NCBI RefSeq assembly: GCF_009914755.1
Contig: NC_060926.1
Direction: 5' to 3' (one strand)
DNA: 64,000 bases
DNA from: the human T2T-CHM13v2.0 reference genome, Homo sapiens
The notes below the pieces were generated by a model. That model was not told the DNA's origin and made no database searches. It was given only the letters and a program-made list of their open reading frames with translations. Below are positions 1 through 14,469 of this stretch, piece after piece; within the stretch, counting starts at the first letter, position 1, and each line of letters starts with the position of its first letter. Made by a program: the position numbers and the translations under genes.

Positions 1-29
1 GTACCCACTGCTTGTACAGGGTAAGGGAT

Positions 30-590
30 AAATGGTGGTACTGCCTTTTGGACACATTATGAAAATCTTTGGAAGTATTATTTTTTGTCACAGTGATACT
101 GACCAAGTATTCTAGATAATTTTGCACAACTAGGAAGTTTCACAGTTGGAATTTTCTGAAACAACTGCATGTAAATAAAGCCTATTTATAATTAACCCAG
201 TCTAGAACAGAACTCCACTTAATATTTATATACGTAGCATGATTTTAACATGCACTGACTTTTTCCAGAATGTTACCATTATGTAGATTGAAGGAAAAGC
301 ACACTTTTTTTTGTTTTGTTTTTTGTTTTTTTTTTTCTGTTTGTTTGTTTGTTTGTTTGGAAGTTATGCCAGGACATTGTTCACCATTTTAAAAAGTCAC
401 ATCCCTGATTGTAGTATTATATCTACCAATTAGCCCACTTCTATCACTGAGTCTGCATTTGTTGCTATTGAACATGCACAGTGATTCTACATAAGTTCAA
501 ACAACTGATTAATTATTTTATTACAACATATAACAAAATATGTGTTATAGAAAAACAGGCATCAGGTCTGATTTGGTTGACAAATACTGA
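30..590 (+). mobile_element. MER20B-like hAT-Charlie DNA transposon remnant, with an internal (TTTG)n expansion at ~305-360
   Basis: Collinear similarity to the remembered MER20B consensus (cctatttataatta...ctagaac; ttgttcaccattt; gtctgcatttgt; gtgattctac; end ggtctga...ggttga...tactg). Confidence 0.7.
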
Positions 591-1769
591 TTGCAAAAAT
601 AATAATAATAATAATCTGGTTTATCCCTCCCATATACTATCTTAGTTTTAAATAGTCATCTTCAGACATTTCCTCACTGTCCAGTTTCTGGCTTGACCCT
701 TTAAAAAAAAAATTCTTCAGACAAGGCACCCAGGGTTGGAAACCAGGGCTGTGGAATCCTTTTCCTGGCCACAACCCTGGTTTTCAACAATTTTTGCTGT
801 ATTCTATTCCATTGCAGCCACAGTACTCCAGTCTACTGTGGATAAATTCCTCTCCCAGGTAAACTCAACTGTGGTACCAACCTCAGTTTGCCTCAGCCCT
901 AGAACTGGAGGAAACTCTGTGGTCACACAATCCATTTGAAGGTGGAAAAAGTGATTCCCAGATAAGTTTAGTGAACGTGTCTAAGTTTATATTGTTATCA
1001 TAGAGAACTTGAGGCTTTCTCCAGAGATGAGGAAAATAAGATTGTGCCCTGAGCATCGATTCTTCTCATTCTATACATAATTATCAGAGCTGTTGTTAGG
1101 CAAAGTTACCTTAAAGAGACCTAATGGCTGTCAGCTTATATTATCAGACTGGACTGTGATATGATTGATATCTTCTTTGAAAATGCAAATATGCTCAATG
1201 GGATGCCTCACATAGGGAATTTTGACAGTAGACTTCCAAGCTCTATCTAGCGCTGAGGAAATGTAAGCCATTAGACTTTCAATGTTCAATTCTATAAACA
1301 GGAGTATCTCTATTATGAAATAGATGCACAGAAGTCTAGCTAAGCCTGATCATATTAACTGCCAATTCACCTAAATAGCTTCCTTTATTATGAGTCCATG
1401 TCCACCATGGTTACATTTCGTTCTCTAAGGAGGAAAAGGGCTGGTTATGTGGAAGAAATCTAAGTTGTGGCATCATTTTTATAGGCAATAAATGTGTTGG
1501 CAATCTTTAATTTAAAACAATTAAATACATTTCTGATTATGGCTTGGCCTTTTCAATTAGCTTGATGTACAGATCACAAAGTGGGAATGAGTTGATCATG
1601 CAGGCACGATTACTTTGCTTCCAAGCAACAAACATTTCCCTTTGCAAATTGATGAATCAACATTCTGATTAATTTATATACAATTCTAAGAGATAAGCCC
1701 TCCATTAGTGCTCACCGGTTTCTGATTCTGCAAGTCTGAGGTGTGTGGTATGAACAGAAATTTCCCACA

Positions 1770-1858
1770 AGACTGTAAACTCCACATAGGCAAGTATACT
1801 TTACCCATGGCTTTATTCCCAATGCCTGAGAGTGCCTGGCATATTTTTTGAATGAATG
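1770..1858 (+). mobile_element. L2 3' end fragment
   Basis: gactgtaaactcc...ggca...cccaatgcctgagagtgcctggcata...ttgaatgaatg matches the L2 3' terminus. Confidence 0.65.
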
Positions 1859-2468
1859 CGCATTTCTCTGGAGGAGACAAACTTCTAGATACTCTTCAGG
1901 GCTGTGCTCCATCTCCACCGCCATCATCACCACTGGTTTCAGTCACATCTGTTTTTCTGCTGTTGTTAGCACACCTGGGACTAGGTGTCCTGACTTTGTT
2001 TTTCTGTCCTTTCATCAGACCATAGCATCAGCAGGAAAGAGAGTGAATGTACCCCGTAGGCTTGTTCAGACTTGGAAATGACAAAGAAGAATGGGGAAAT
2101 GAGAAGTTACTGAGTGATTTGCCCTGTGGCAGAAGTGAAAAGTGGGAGGAATGGAAAATATAGCTACAGGAAAACAAAAACGTTAAAGAAAGTTTTCTCT
2201 TTTATTTATACTTCTTTTATTACTTTCCACATGGCATTTGGCAAATAGAGATGTAGATCATTTAGGCTGAATCTTATGAAATTAAAATTCAGGAAGGAAG
2301 ATAAGTATATTAAAAACGAGAAGATATCAATTTGATTTGGTCATACAGTACCTTCAGCCAAATGCTGAGGACCTTAAATAATGACTGTGGTTTGAAGAGA
2401 GAACACGAGGTGAGAGTATACAAACATTTTTGCTAGATGTGTGAGTCTGAAGAAAATGAGAGAAGGTT

Positions 2469-2790
2469 GGCCAGGCACAGCAGCTTATGCCTATATTCCC
2501 AGCATTTTGGGAGGCTGAGTTGGGAGGATTATTTGAGGCCAGGAATTCAAGACCAGCCTGGGCAACATAGCAAGGCCCTGTCTCCACAAAAAGATTTTTA
2601 AAAAATAGCCTAGCATGGTGGCACGTACCTGTAGTCCTAGCTACTCAGGAGGATGAGGTGGGAGGATGGCTTGGGCCCAGGAGTTGAAGGATGCAGTGAG
2701 CTAAGATCACACCACTCACCACTGCACTCCAGCCTGGGCAACAGAGCAAGACCAAGACTCAAAGAAAACAAAAAAGGGAAAAAGAAAAAG
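2469..2790 (+). mobile_element. Alu, AluJ subfamily
   Basis: Dimeric Alu with J-type diagnostics (gggaggattatttgagg, ggcaacatagcaag, ggaggatggcttgggcccaggag), degraded A tail, and a 7-bp tandem duplication caccact at 2710-2723. Confidence 0.95.
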
Positions 2791-4149
2791 CTCAAAGTCA
2801 AACAGGTTTTTGTTTATTTGTTTTTAAGGTAGGAGATACTTGAGCATGCTTTAGCCTCGAGTCTAGAGGAATAGCCATAAAGAGTTTCAAATGGAAGATT
2901 TATTAATAGAGAAGGAAGAATCCATGTATCATTATTCTAAATTAAATGATAGAGAAGAGCATCTAAAATATAGATTCTTCCCAAGGCAATTAAGAGATGA
3001 TTCTCTTAAGATAATTTCAACTTGTTATGTACTGGAAATCTCACAAAAATTCTCTTCAAAGGGACATCATAGCATAAAACAATCTTGCAAAGGAGCTTCG
3101 TATGTAGCGCTGAGACAGAGAGATGGAGAGAGTTCAATCTAAATTTATTTGTGTTGCATAACTTCTCTCAAATATACAGCATACTTCATATTTGACCTAG
3201 TTCATAATATGTAGAGAAACAATGGGAGCAAAATGATCATTACTATTCTTACTTCCTGAGAACAACCTTATTTGTAGAATTGTTTCATACCAATGTTATT
3301 CTCCTAACACTCAATGTTATTCACCTAACATTACACTGTGGTGTTTCTGTTTGCTGAAGCTGCAGTATGGTGAAAAGAAAATTCTTAGACTTGGTTGAAA
3401 ACAAAAAAAGGAAGAGTACCACCATGGTTGAAACCTTATATATGCAATGATCAGAGATCCCAAATACAACTCAAACAAAACAGAAACCACACCCAGACGA
3501 GACTCTGGCAAAACCTAACAATATGACTACATAATTGCTTAAATTCTTTTTTCTTTGAAAAAGTGACAGATTCTCAATAATTATGTGTCAATGAAAGAAG
3601 GAAGGAAGACTTCAAACACATCCACTTAGTGTACATCTGCAATCTAAATATAAATATATAAAGAAAGGGATACAGATGTCAATCGTCATGTAGAAACTCT
3701 CATTTGTTCACTCCAAACAGCTATTCTGTAAACAAGTTCTCGAACACAGGATCAAAAGACATTGGCAGGCCATTAGTTTGTGAAAATAGTCATGGAAATA
3801 GTCTGTATCCTTAGCATATGTGCCTTTCAATTAATAGAAATTTGTGGAAGAATTCCTTTGGGAAATTGCATGTCTCAATTCTGTAATGATATAATTACTA
3901 GCGTAAATACATGAACGCTTCTGCTTACAAGTATTTCATCCATCTAAAGAGATAAGTTTTAAAAGATTTGAATAAAAATAACTTACTAAAAATAGTGATT
4001 CTGTTTATCTTTCCTTACTTGTTTTTTATTACAAGTGTGTATTTACATATAGATTAATGAAAGCAGAGTAAACCTAGGGAAATAAAAATCATTCATAATC
4101 CTAACATCCAGAGATACTATGTTACACAGCAATTTGCATCCTGACTTAC

Positions 4150-4720
4150 GTCATATAACACCACTCCCCTTATTCCAGAAACATATTTAACAAATACAAA
4201 AGAACCTATTGTATATATTGGATTGAATCATATTACTTTGCTACGAGATTTCTAGCAGTGACATAATTGAGCTGATGATAAACAGCTTTATGTTACTTTA
4301 ACTTACATTAGAAAACTCTTTTCAAAATACTGAGGAAAATTTACTCTGGTCAACAACATACGAAAAAGCCACATGCTTATCAACATTGATTTTTTTTTTC
4401 TTTTCTCGTTTTTTTTGTAAATTTAATAGAAATGCAAACAAAAAAACCCAAAACAGAACAAAAACAAAATGAAAGTCTACCAACTTGTTTAAATTTACCT
4501 TTCTTCTTTAATAGTCAGATAAAAATTTTTCCATGTTTATTGGCCATTTGAATTTCCTCTTTGGAAACTGCCATCCCCTAAATGTTGTATTTGTTTTGAT
4601 GACTCAGTTTTCTTTCTAGTTTGAGTTGTCATATTTGTGGGCTTTCATCTCTTGTTTGTTGCTTGCCTTTGACTTTGTTTATTTGACATGTAAAAGTTTC
4701 ATATCTTTTGGTTTGCATAA
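4150..4720 (-). mobile_element. Old L1M (L1ME-like) fragments
   Basis: tttttccatgtttattggccatttgaatttcctctttgg is the typical antisense L1M ORF2 3' motif; boundaries uncertain. Confidence 0.45.
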
Positions 4721-4832
4721 ACATTTATTTTAAATTTTTAGAAGTCATGTCTGCATAGTTCTAAGTCCCTTGAAAAGTAAAGAAAAAAAGTATTTATAGC
4801 CAAATATTTGGATGTAATAATAATGCTATGTC

Positions 4833-5013
4833 ATAGAGCACAGTAGTAAACATCATGGGATTTGGATTAAAAACTAAGAAATCTAGTTTAGTCTTTTATT
4901 AGTTTTTTGATATTTGCCAATAACATAATATATAATTTAAAAGATTGTTTTGAGGATTAGGTTGCTACATGCAGATTATTTAGCACAATGTGTAGCTAGT
5001 CTATAGTAAGCTT
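4833..5013 (+). mobile_element. MIR
   Basis: agcacagtagtaaacatcatggg...ttgttttgaggattag...tttagcacaatg...tagtaagc. Confidence 0.6.
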
Positions 5014-5384
5014 TCACTGATCAACCTAAATTAAGATTATTTTTTAATATTTAATGAGCTTTTTCTTCTCATGTGACTAAACTATGACCTTAGAAATGAT
5101 ATCTCTCTACACAGTGATAAAACCAATTCAGGACTTTCTAACAAATCTTTCATTGAATAGAAGATCATTATTTCAGATGGAGCAGGCAAATAAGCAAGAC
5201 CAATATTCCTCAGTATCTTCTTGTGAAGATAAATAATGCAATTGGTGAAAAACAGAAAAAGTAAATCAGTTTATAATGGTATTTTATGTGTTATCTTCTT
5301 CTAGATATCATGCTTCCATATTTCTGCCTCAGTACAATCTAGTAGGGAATAGTAATGTAGTAGTAGTAGTAATAGTAGTGGCAG

Positions 5385-5551
5385 AAATAATAATTCATTG
5401 ATTTCTAAATAATGTATATGCCAGATGCTGTTTTAAATACTTTGCATGTATGATTTTCTTAAATCCTCATAACAATCCCATAAGGTAGATAATTATGACC
5501 CTAGTATACAAAGGAGAAAATGTAAATAGAAAGGTTCATACAGTTAGTAAA
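5385..5551 (-). mobile_element. MIR (left part; continues at ~6280-6345 after the MLT1B insertion)
   Basis: tatgccagatgctgttttaaatactttgcatg...aatcctcataacaatcccataaggtag. Confidence 0.75.
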
Positions 5552-5556
5552 TTTCC

Positions 5557-6274
<718 letters not shown>

Positions 6275-6354
6275 CTTCCAAGGTAGGCAACTTCATATTC
6301 ACATGTCAAATACGGGCACTCTGGCTCTAGGTCCATATCTTTTTCTTTTTCTTT

Positions 6355-7560
6355 TAGTTTTGAAAAAAATTCAGACTTACTGAAAAAGTTACAAAAATTG
6401 TTCAAAGAATTCCCATATATTGTTCATAGAGATTCCCCAACATTATCATTCCATCATACTTGTTTTATCATTCTCTCTATATACATCACAGTACAGTTTA
6501 TCAAAGTTAAGAAATTTTCATCAACACAATACTATTATCTGATTATCAGAATGTAACAGAACTGTATCAGTTATCCCACTATTGTCCTTTATAAAGAAAG
6601 AAAACCAAAATTTTCTTATGATCCAAGATGCCATATTTCTTAAATCTCTTTTGATTTTAAACATACCTTCAGTCTTTTATAATTTTTGTTTTTCATAACT
6701 CTAACAGTTTTGAAGAGCACATTACTAATATTTTCTAAATTGTTCCTTGATTTGAATTTGCTGATATTTCTTCATAATTAGATTCTGGTCATGCATTTTT
6801 GGCAATATGATTTTACAAATGAGATGCTATATCCTTCTCAGTGCATTGTGTCAGGAGGCACATGATATTAATTTAACCCCCATACTGGTGGTACTAACTT
6901 GACTACTTGTTATGGTATTATCTGCCAGGTTTCTGTACTGTAAAATTACTATTTTCCATTTGCAATATTACTTGATAAGTGTCTTGTGAAAGATATAGAC
7001 AATATATAAGCCCTGTTTCTCATCACAATTTCACCTTCCAGTTTTGGCATTCATTCATATTTCCTGTCCAAAATAATTATTATGGTGAATTTTAAAATTC
7101 TATCATTTCTTCTTTATCTATGGATTGGAATTCTGCTGTATGAAGGATATCCCCCCTGCCATTTGTTTATATCAATGTATATAAATGGATTATTATTTTA
7201 GTCTATGGGGAATAATCTGTTACTATCATTATTTTGTTGTTTAAATTGTCTTGAATTTGGCCAGTGAAGGCCACTTCAAGTTTGTTCTATATAGTTTTAC
7301 ATGTCTCATTATTCCTTGAGAACTTTCTTAATTTTTTGCACAAAAGATGCCCCAGAATCATTTTGTACTCTCCAGGTCTCAGCCCTAGAATTATATTTAT
7401 CCATCCCTTCAAGGACTCATAGTTTCCTTTACTTATTTAAAGAAAGATCGTTAAATAAGATCTCAGCTGTAGGTGTGCTCACTGTTACTGAGGTGTAATT
7501 GATTCTAAGCCCTCTTATAAGAGAACTACAAAATACGTTTGCATAAGCACATCTATGCTG
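6355..7560 (-). mobile_element. L1MC-type LINE-1 3' region
   Basis: ttcagacttactgaaaaagttacaaaaa...gaattcccatata; tcaggaggcacatgat; tctgccaggtttct...tgtaaaattactatttt are L1MC 3'UTR motifs. Confidence 0.7.
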
Positions 7561-7566
7561 ATTATT

Positions 7567-7604
7567 TCTATCTGTCTATCTATCTATCTATCTATCTACC
7601 TATC
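7567..7604. repeat. (TCTA)n tetranucleotide STR
   Basis: tctatctgtctatctatctatctatctatctacctatc. Confidence 0.9.
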
Positions 7605-8075
7605 ATTTAACTAAATTGATAAACATTTAAACATGTTAATACCTGCATTTTAAGTTGTGAAGACAGTCGTCACTTTATAGTCCTGCTAAATCTATGCTTA
7701 AAATAATTTAATATCCTTTCGTTAAAATTGTTCAACTTTAATTTCCAAGGTTTTCAGTGTGTTTTCCTAACTTTTAATCCTGGAGGTTAATACCAGATGG
7801 TGACATCACAAATCTAGGATTACGAGTACAGAAAAGCAACATTTCAAAGAACTACAGAGGAAATTATTGGAAAACCTATAGATGGAATCATGGTCTTCTC
7901 AATCCTTTTTGATTTGCAATTATTTAAGTATCTAGGGCATATATATTACTACATAATCATATCAAATCTGATGTTTTAGAACTACTAATTCCTTGGAGGC
8001 ATAGATGGCTGAGGGTCAGGTTCTGTTACAGATCTGATCTCAATTCCATACTCAATAGAGCTCTATGCACTAGAT

Positions 8076-8237
8076 CAGGGATTGGCGAATTGCAGCCACA
8101 CACATTCATTAATGTATTGTCTATGTCTGCTTTTCTGCTACAACGGCAAAGTTGAGTCATTGCTACAGACTGTAGGACCTGCAAAGCCTGGAATATTTAC
8201 TGCCTGGCCCTTTACAGAAAAAGTTTACTGACTCCTG
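8076..8237 (+). mobile_element. MER58A hAT MITE with internal deletion
   Basis: Termini caggg...cctg; body tattgtctatg...tacaacggcaaagttgag...tggccctttacagaaaaagttt; 8-bp TSD cactagat/tactagat. Confidence 0.9.
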
Positions 8238-9840
8238 TACTAGATATTTCTGAGCCCTTGCATTGATAAGGTTTTTTTTTTGTCATAAACATGTACACAA
8301 ACACACACATGCACACCACTGCAAGACAATGACATTAAGAGATACTTTATACATAGTGCTGGATGAGAAAAAAATACTGCCAATGGCTGGCTCCATATAA
8401 TATTGATGCAATTGAGTTGGCATAAAGGTCTCATCTTAGATTTCAAAGTATGCTATACCCAGACAGTTCATCAGATTAGTCTGCCTATTCATTCTGTGTG
8501 GCATGCAACCTCTTTGATAATTGGGCAAATAATTGTGAACATCCAAATATGGAAGCCTGTGTCAATTCTGTATGACTTATCAGTTTGACTTATGGTGCTG
8601 TTAGAAGTTGAACTTTTGTATTTTTACAAATATGTCTGCATTTCTCATTAATTATTTTGAGACCTAAAGAGGAAGGGAGACATTCTTTGGAAAGACTGTG
8701 AACACAATACTAAGTTAAAAGCTGTGCGGAATGGTGTGATGTCTGCCGGTAGTGCCAAATTACTGCATGGTTGATCCACTTGCCAAAGTCAATATGACTG
8801 CTGAAGCAACCCAATCTCCCTTTGTTCCACCCATAATCATACATAGAGAGCTATGAATACCAGCAATATAAATTTAATGCTGGTTTATTCTTATTTATAT
8901 TGGTCATTCAAAGGAAAGAATCTTGATGCTGACTTGATGTGTTTTTTTTTTTTTTTTGGTACACCTTTTACTTTATGGTGAATTAAAAATATTGAGGCTA
9001 TGCCTCCAAGCTTCCATGACCCCAATCTTTGTCCCAGGTCTCTCTGAACATTCTATGAGTGCTATGAAATAGTCTTTCTGAAGTCAAAATATTCTGTGTC
9101 AAAAATCTATCCTTCTTTGTTTTCTGATGACTCAGGTTGCTACTTACTTTGTACACCTGTTCAGATGTATGATATTTTTATGTCCATTTCTTTTACCTGC
9201 CATAAAGCACCATCACTGTGCTGCCTGCTAAGCTTTTTGTCTTAGGGGTGGTGAGGAGGACACACACAAACACAGGCATCAAGGTTAACTCTTTGACTGC
9301 TTCAAAGCAACACTTTCTAGACCTGTCTGAGATTCACATTTAGAAAGTGACAATCTTAGTTTTACAAAACAAGACTTTTTAATCTGTCCTTGGGTCAGTT
9401 CCCAAGATCCATGAGCTCCTTAGGTGAAAACTTTGTTTTCTCCTGTTATATATTATTAATCTTAAATGACTTCAGCTTTTAAATAACTAGAAGCAAACAC
9501 TGCAAGACTGTAAGAAAGTAAGAATGCTACTTTTTTATATAATTGTAGTGGCAGTCTTCCAAATATATTTTAGCATGCAGATATCTATTATTAGCTCTCT
9601 TTTTAATATTAATGCTATTGCTATTTTCTGTTTTGTGCTTTGCCCACAAGTCTTAATACAAAATACACGCTATCCAAATCATCTGAGTGTGTCTATCTGA
9701 AAGTCCACTAATACTGAGTGGCACTTATCATTCATGGTCTTTCCACTCCTACTTAATGGACCTCATACCCCTGAGAATGTTCAAAGATGAAACCTTTTAA
9801 AAAATGTTATTTTATCCCAGAGGTTTTGCATCTTTGAACC

Positions 9841-10186
9841 ACCAAATCTAATCTGAAACACTTGAGGCCAGATATTTTTCAGAATTAAGGATGTTTTAGA
9901 ACTTGGAAAGATGCATAAAGAATGTGCTGTGTATATTAAGTATTATAATAACCTTTGTAGGGTCTGGGACAACTCCCTGTAATCAAACAAACCAAAATTT
10001 CTGTAGTGAATCATATAAATATTTCCAGTGGGATAAATAAATAGAAACTATAAATAACCTCATATCAATTCAGACAAGTTTATACCATTGATGCTAAAGG
10101 ATTTCAGGTCAGTTCAGGTTTTGCTGCCAAATACTTTTCAAAAAATTTTAGATTTGGGCATTACAAATAAGAAATTGTTGATCCAT
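9841..10186 (-). mobile_element. MER46C (Tigger-family) DNA transposon
   Basis: gggtctgggacaactccctgtaatcaaaca; gtgggataaataaa; tcagttcaggttttgctgccaaat. Confidence 0.7.
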
Positions 10187-10188
10187 AC

Positions 10189-10416
10189 CAGGGGTCAGCA
10201 GATTTTTTTATATAAAAGGCCAAAGAATAAATAATTTAGGCTTTGCACGTTACACTCTCTCTGTCTTAACTATCAAACTCTGCTCTTTGTTCCTTAGACA
10301 ATATGTAAATGAGTGTGACTGTGTTCCAATAAAACTTTATTTACAAAAACAGACTGTGGGTTAGATTTTGCCTGTGGGCCAGATTTTGCCTGTAGGCCAT
10401 AGTTTGCCAAGCTCTG
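10189..10416 (-). mobile_element. MER58A with an 18-bp internal tandem duplication
   Basis: caggggtcagca...tgtgttccaataaaactttatttacaaaaacag...atagtttgccaagctctg; duplicated agattttgcctgt(g/a)ggcc at 10363-10398. Confidence 0.9.
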
Positions 10417-11110
10417 ATCTAGATATCTTTATTGTTTTTAATTCTGTACCTTGTGTATTAAATACAGTGTCTAGTTTGTAATAATTTCTTTGAATTCACA
10501 TTTTGAGAATGGGAAGACTTCTTTGAAAAGGGGAAGAGATTTCTATGGCTTGTCATCTCTTTTCGGCTACCTCTTCTTAATTTCACAATGCAAAAGTGCA
10601 TAGAAAATAGTACATAGCTCTGGAATAGTGTGATCTAGATCTGAGTGTGATCTAGAATTTAATTTGTCATTGACTTCATTGTTAATATTATGTGATGTTA
10701 ACATTTAAAAACATGGAGTAGCTAGGATCTAGTGGCGTCCGCGATTGTTGGGTTAGTGATCCTAAAGAAAAATGGAGGTTTTCAAGCTTGACTTTAACTT
10801 TTACTGTTCTGTGGCTGAAAACACCAGATTGAGCATTTGTCCTGTTAGTATTCTTCTTGCTTTGTTATGTGTTTATTCAATTACAAAGGCCAAGAGAAAG
10901 TATATGGTTGAACTAAAACAGATGAACAAATTGTAAACTGTTCATAGGAGTTTGTGTTTTTGTCAACATAATATGGAGCAAGGCTTTGTTGGGTCAAATT
11001 TGAAGGGCTCTTTTGAATAGGTTTGTTCTCTTGGTGGGTACTATCTGGAACTTCTTATCAAAGTGAGATTGGAGAATAGAGCAGTATTCACTGTAGATGG
11101 CCTCCCAGGG

Positions 11111-11462
11111 TGTATTAATCTGTTCTCACACTGCTATAAAAAATTCTTGAGACTGGATAATTTATAAAGGAAAGAGGTTTAATTGACTCACAGTTCTGCA
11201 TGGCTAGGGAGGCCTCAGTAAACTTACAATCATGGCAGAAGGGAAAGCAGGCACATCTTATACGGCAGCAGGCAAGAGAGAGGAGTGGAAACTGCCACTT
11301 ATAAAACCATTAGAACTCATGAGATCTAATCACCATCACAAGAACAGCATTGGGGAAACCGGCCCCATGATCCAATCACCTCCCACTAGGTTCCTCCCCT
11401 GACATGTGGGGATTACAATTTGAGATGAGATTTCGGTGGGGACACAGAGCCAAACCATATCA
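11111..11462 (-). mobile_element. THE1 (THE1C/D-like) MaLR solo LTR
   Basis: tgtattaatctgttctcacactgct...ggtttaattgactcacagttc...ggggacacagagccaaaccatatca; exact 5-bp TSD caggg on both sides. Confidence 0.92.
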
Positions 11463-11994
11463 CAGGGTGCTAAGAAATTATGGGCTCTCAATAGCTGATG
11501 GATTGATTATTTGAATGAGATTCACCTTAAGAGACACAATTATACATCTAAGAAGTGGGGAAAAAAACTCTTAACAAACTCTCAGCCATGAAAAGCTGAT
11601 TCTTTAGTCCAGATGTGTGAAGCAAATAATTGAGACCACCTTAAAGACACAATGATATTTTTGCCAGTTATCTGCTAAGCTGACTGAGCAGTGACCCACA
11701 CTAAGCATGGTGTATATTTAGGCATCTTTTCCTAACTGTTGCATATGCTTTCTTAGGATGACTTGCTGCCTGCATGTGCAGAGCTGCCTTCATGATTGGT
11801 CTTATGAGAATCTGGACCAGATTTTAAAATTTGAGGGACAATAATTTTTCCTTGTTGTAGTGCTAACCTTTCAGAACTTGATAAAATTTAAACAATGCTT
11901 AAGGATATTTTGTTTTTTTGGAGTTCCTTCTGCATCTTGAGGATATTTTTTTCATAGTGCTCCTCATATGGCTTCATACTTTGACTTTCATGCT

Positions 11995-12105
11995 AGAAAA
12001 TTAGCTTTTTGAGAGCAGGAATAGGACTTTTTTATGTCTGTAATCTCAGCTTCTCTGCTGGTACCTGACATAAGATACACACTAGACTTTAGAATAAACA
12101 AATAT
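11995..12105 (+). mobile_element. L2 3' end fragment
   Basis: gagagcagga...tgtctgtaatctcagc...gtacctgacata...gaataaacaaat. Confidence 0.5.
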
Positions 12106-14049
12106 GTATTATTAACATCCAAACATATTGTAATGACAATTGAAAGATAACCTAGATTAAGGCAATGAGACATAATATTGGCACTTGTAATTGGAATGGC
12201 AGTAGGGAAAAGGAGAAAAGTTTGAAGGATAAATTCATTTCTGTTGCTTTAAGCAGATGTGACTTGGCCAACTGTAAAGGAAACTATACAAGAAAAAAAT
12301 GATTATGGTAGTAATTTCTGCTTAATTTATCCTAGATTTAACCTGGTTACTAACTGATTTGATTATATAAAGAGACAAGAAACTTACATCATCGATTTCT
12401 CTTTAAGGACTTTTCACTTAGCAACTGAAAAAAAGAAGAGTCACTTGAGCTTAGCAATCACCTGCTAAGGTACAAAGAGAAGCTGGAGTTAGGAGGACCA
12501 AGCACAAATAAAGAAGACAATGGGATGTTTCTAAATAATGCAATTATTGGCTGAAACAATAGTCTATTAAGATTCCACAGGTATAGATTGTACTATATTC
12601 TGTTTCTTTTTCTAGTCTGAACAAGTCAGAGAGACAATCTCCTGCCTCTCTTCCATCCCATCTGGAAACAAGGCCCATGTAGCAAGCAGACAATGACATC
12701 TACCCAGCTGCCAGGACTGTGCAATGAATGAAGCATCCCCTCAAAAAACTCTGAATGGATTGCCAATTTTTATTATGTTTAAGGCAGGCAGTAATTTCAG
12801 TTTTCAATTCTACTAAGTAATAATAGTTATTAATTAGTAAATTAGGCCACTGGGTTCTAGAGGTGAGCTAACAGAATGATTAAAAAGGAGAAAATTCACA
12901 GATAATGCTCAGGTTTCATAGAAGCCTGCCATGATTGAGAGTTTATGTTTGTACATCTCTTCAGAATGGATTGCTGCACTTAAGAGCAACTTACATTGCC
13001 TACAGTGCTGTCTGTTCGGTAATTGCAGCAAAGTGAGGTACTGCACCATACATTGTCATAAAGATGTCAAGAAATGAAGGGAGATGTTCGAGGGCTCAGC
13101 TTCTAATACTTACATTTTAAATCTGGGGGCATTAAATCTAGGGAGGAGAATTCCTCAGATTTCCCAACCCCACATCAACAAAAGGCAACATTTCCTGAGT
13201 AAAGGGCTTGATATCAACCCCAGGGAGGATTTCTGGACTCCAGGTAGGTTTAATTCATTTTGGAGGCTAATTTTTTGAGCTTTATATCTCGAACACAATA
13301 GCCTTCATAGAGGTTTGTGGACTGTGATTAAAAGTACTTTTCATGGCTGTATCTGGATAATAACAAAATCCTTGAAATATCGTTTAAAACTTCTTAAAGA
13401 CTTGAAATGCTAAAACTGAAGTTTATCTTGCAGGGCTCCAGATGGGCAAAAATGCAGGTAACATATCTTATGGCTGTTGGAGTGAATTTCTGATACTAAA
13501 AGAAGTAGTTGAAAAGTGTGAAAACCAGTCCAACTCATTCTGAAGATACAAAATAGTAGCAATTTGCTGGAGTTAAATGTGATTTATAAAAAACTGTATG
13601 GAGGCAAACCAGATCTATGTATGAATACAGACTCTTCCTATAATGGCCAAGTGAATTAAATCATTAAGACTGATCCCTGGCTACTCTTTTTAAGAAAAAT
13701 AGCATATTCTTATTCTTCTATTAAAATTAGCTATCTGCATGAATTTTGTTGAAATAAAAAATTGATCTATTTTACTATGCTTTTATAGGAATCAGAAATA
13801 GGTATTTCTCAAGACTTTAAGACAAATTTCTCTAACCAATTGTTCTTACCTTCTGAACACCCTCTCTCTGCCTTATCATTTTTGTTCCCTCAATAGAGAT
13901 TGGTGCTTGAGGGGTTTTTTTGTTCCCCCACCCTGATTGTTTTCCTTTTCCTTCTGCTTTTAAAAAATCTTCTTTGAATACTTGCCTTTACAGTTAAAAA
14001 AATACTAGAAATAGTGGTTTTTTTAGTCCCACAGAAACTGATTAAACAT

Positions 14050-14170
14050 TTGGCTTCACTACTCACTAGCCATTTTCAGCTTGGGAAAATTGATCAACCT
14101 CTAAGTTTTTCTTTCCTCATTTGTAATGGGGGGAAATGTAATACTTACCTCACACAGTGGTTTTGAGTTT
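14050..14170 (+). mobile_element. MIR fragment
   Basis: tggcttcacactcactagc...cttgggaaaatt...aacctct...tttcctcatttgtaatggg. Confidence 0.6.
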
Positions 14171-14424
14171 CTCTGATGCCCAGAAGACTTGTTCTTGGAG
14201 TAAAGAAAGGAAAAAAAAATTGGAGGTGGTTAGTTGGCACATAGACAAAACCTTTTTACTGGTATTAGTATTAAACTGGATCAACTAAGATGTAATCTTT
14301 CTAGAGGTAGATAGATTTAGTAGCTATGAACATGGAGATTGAGTATTTAACTGTGACAGTTGGCGCTTTGTAGGTATTCAAAATACATTATTTCCCAAAT
14401 CCCTGACCCTATTCTCATCTCAGA

Positions 14425-14427
<3 letters not shown>

Positions 14428-14468
<41 letters not shown>
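14428..14468. repeat. (AC)20 microsatellite
   Basis: Perfect dinucleotide run. Confidence 0.97.

Positions 14469-14469
<1 letters not shown>

Noticed and set aside
736-939. ORF containing IFAVFYSIAATVL, reminiscent of a synaptophysin/synaptoporin MARVEL transmembrane segment
   Set aside because: Similarity is limited to ~12 hydrophobic residues; TTG start, no convincing splice sites, flanks do not match
1712-1933. 73-aa minus-strand ORF with ATG start
   Set aside because: Overlaps an L2 3' fragment; no recognisable protein similarity
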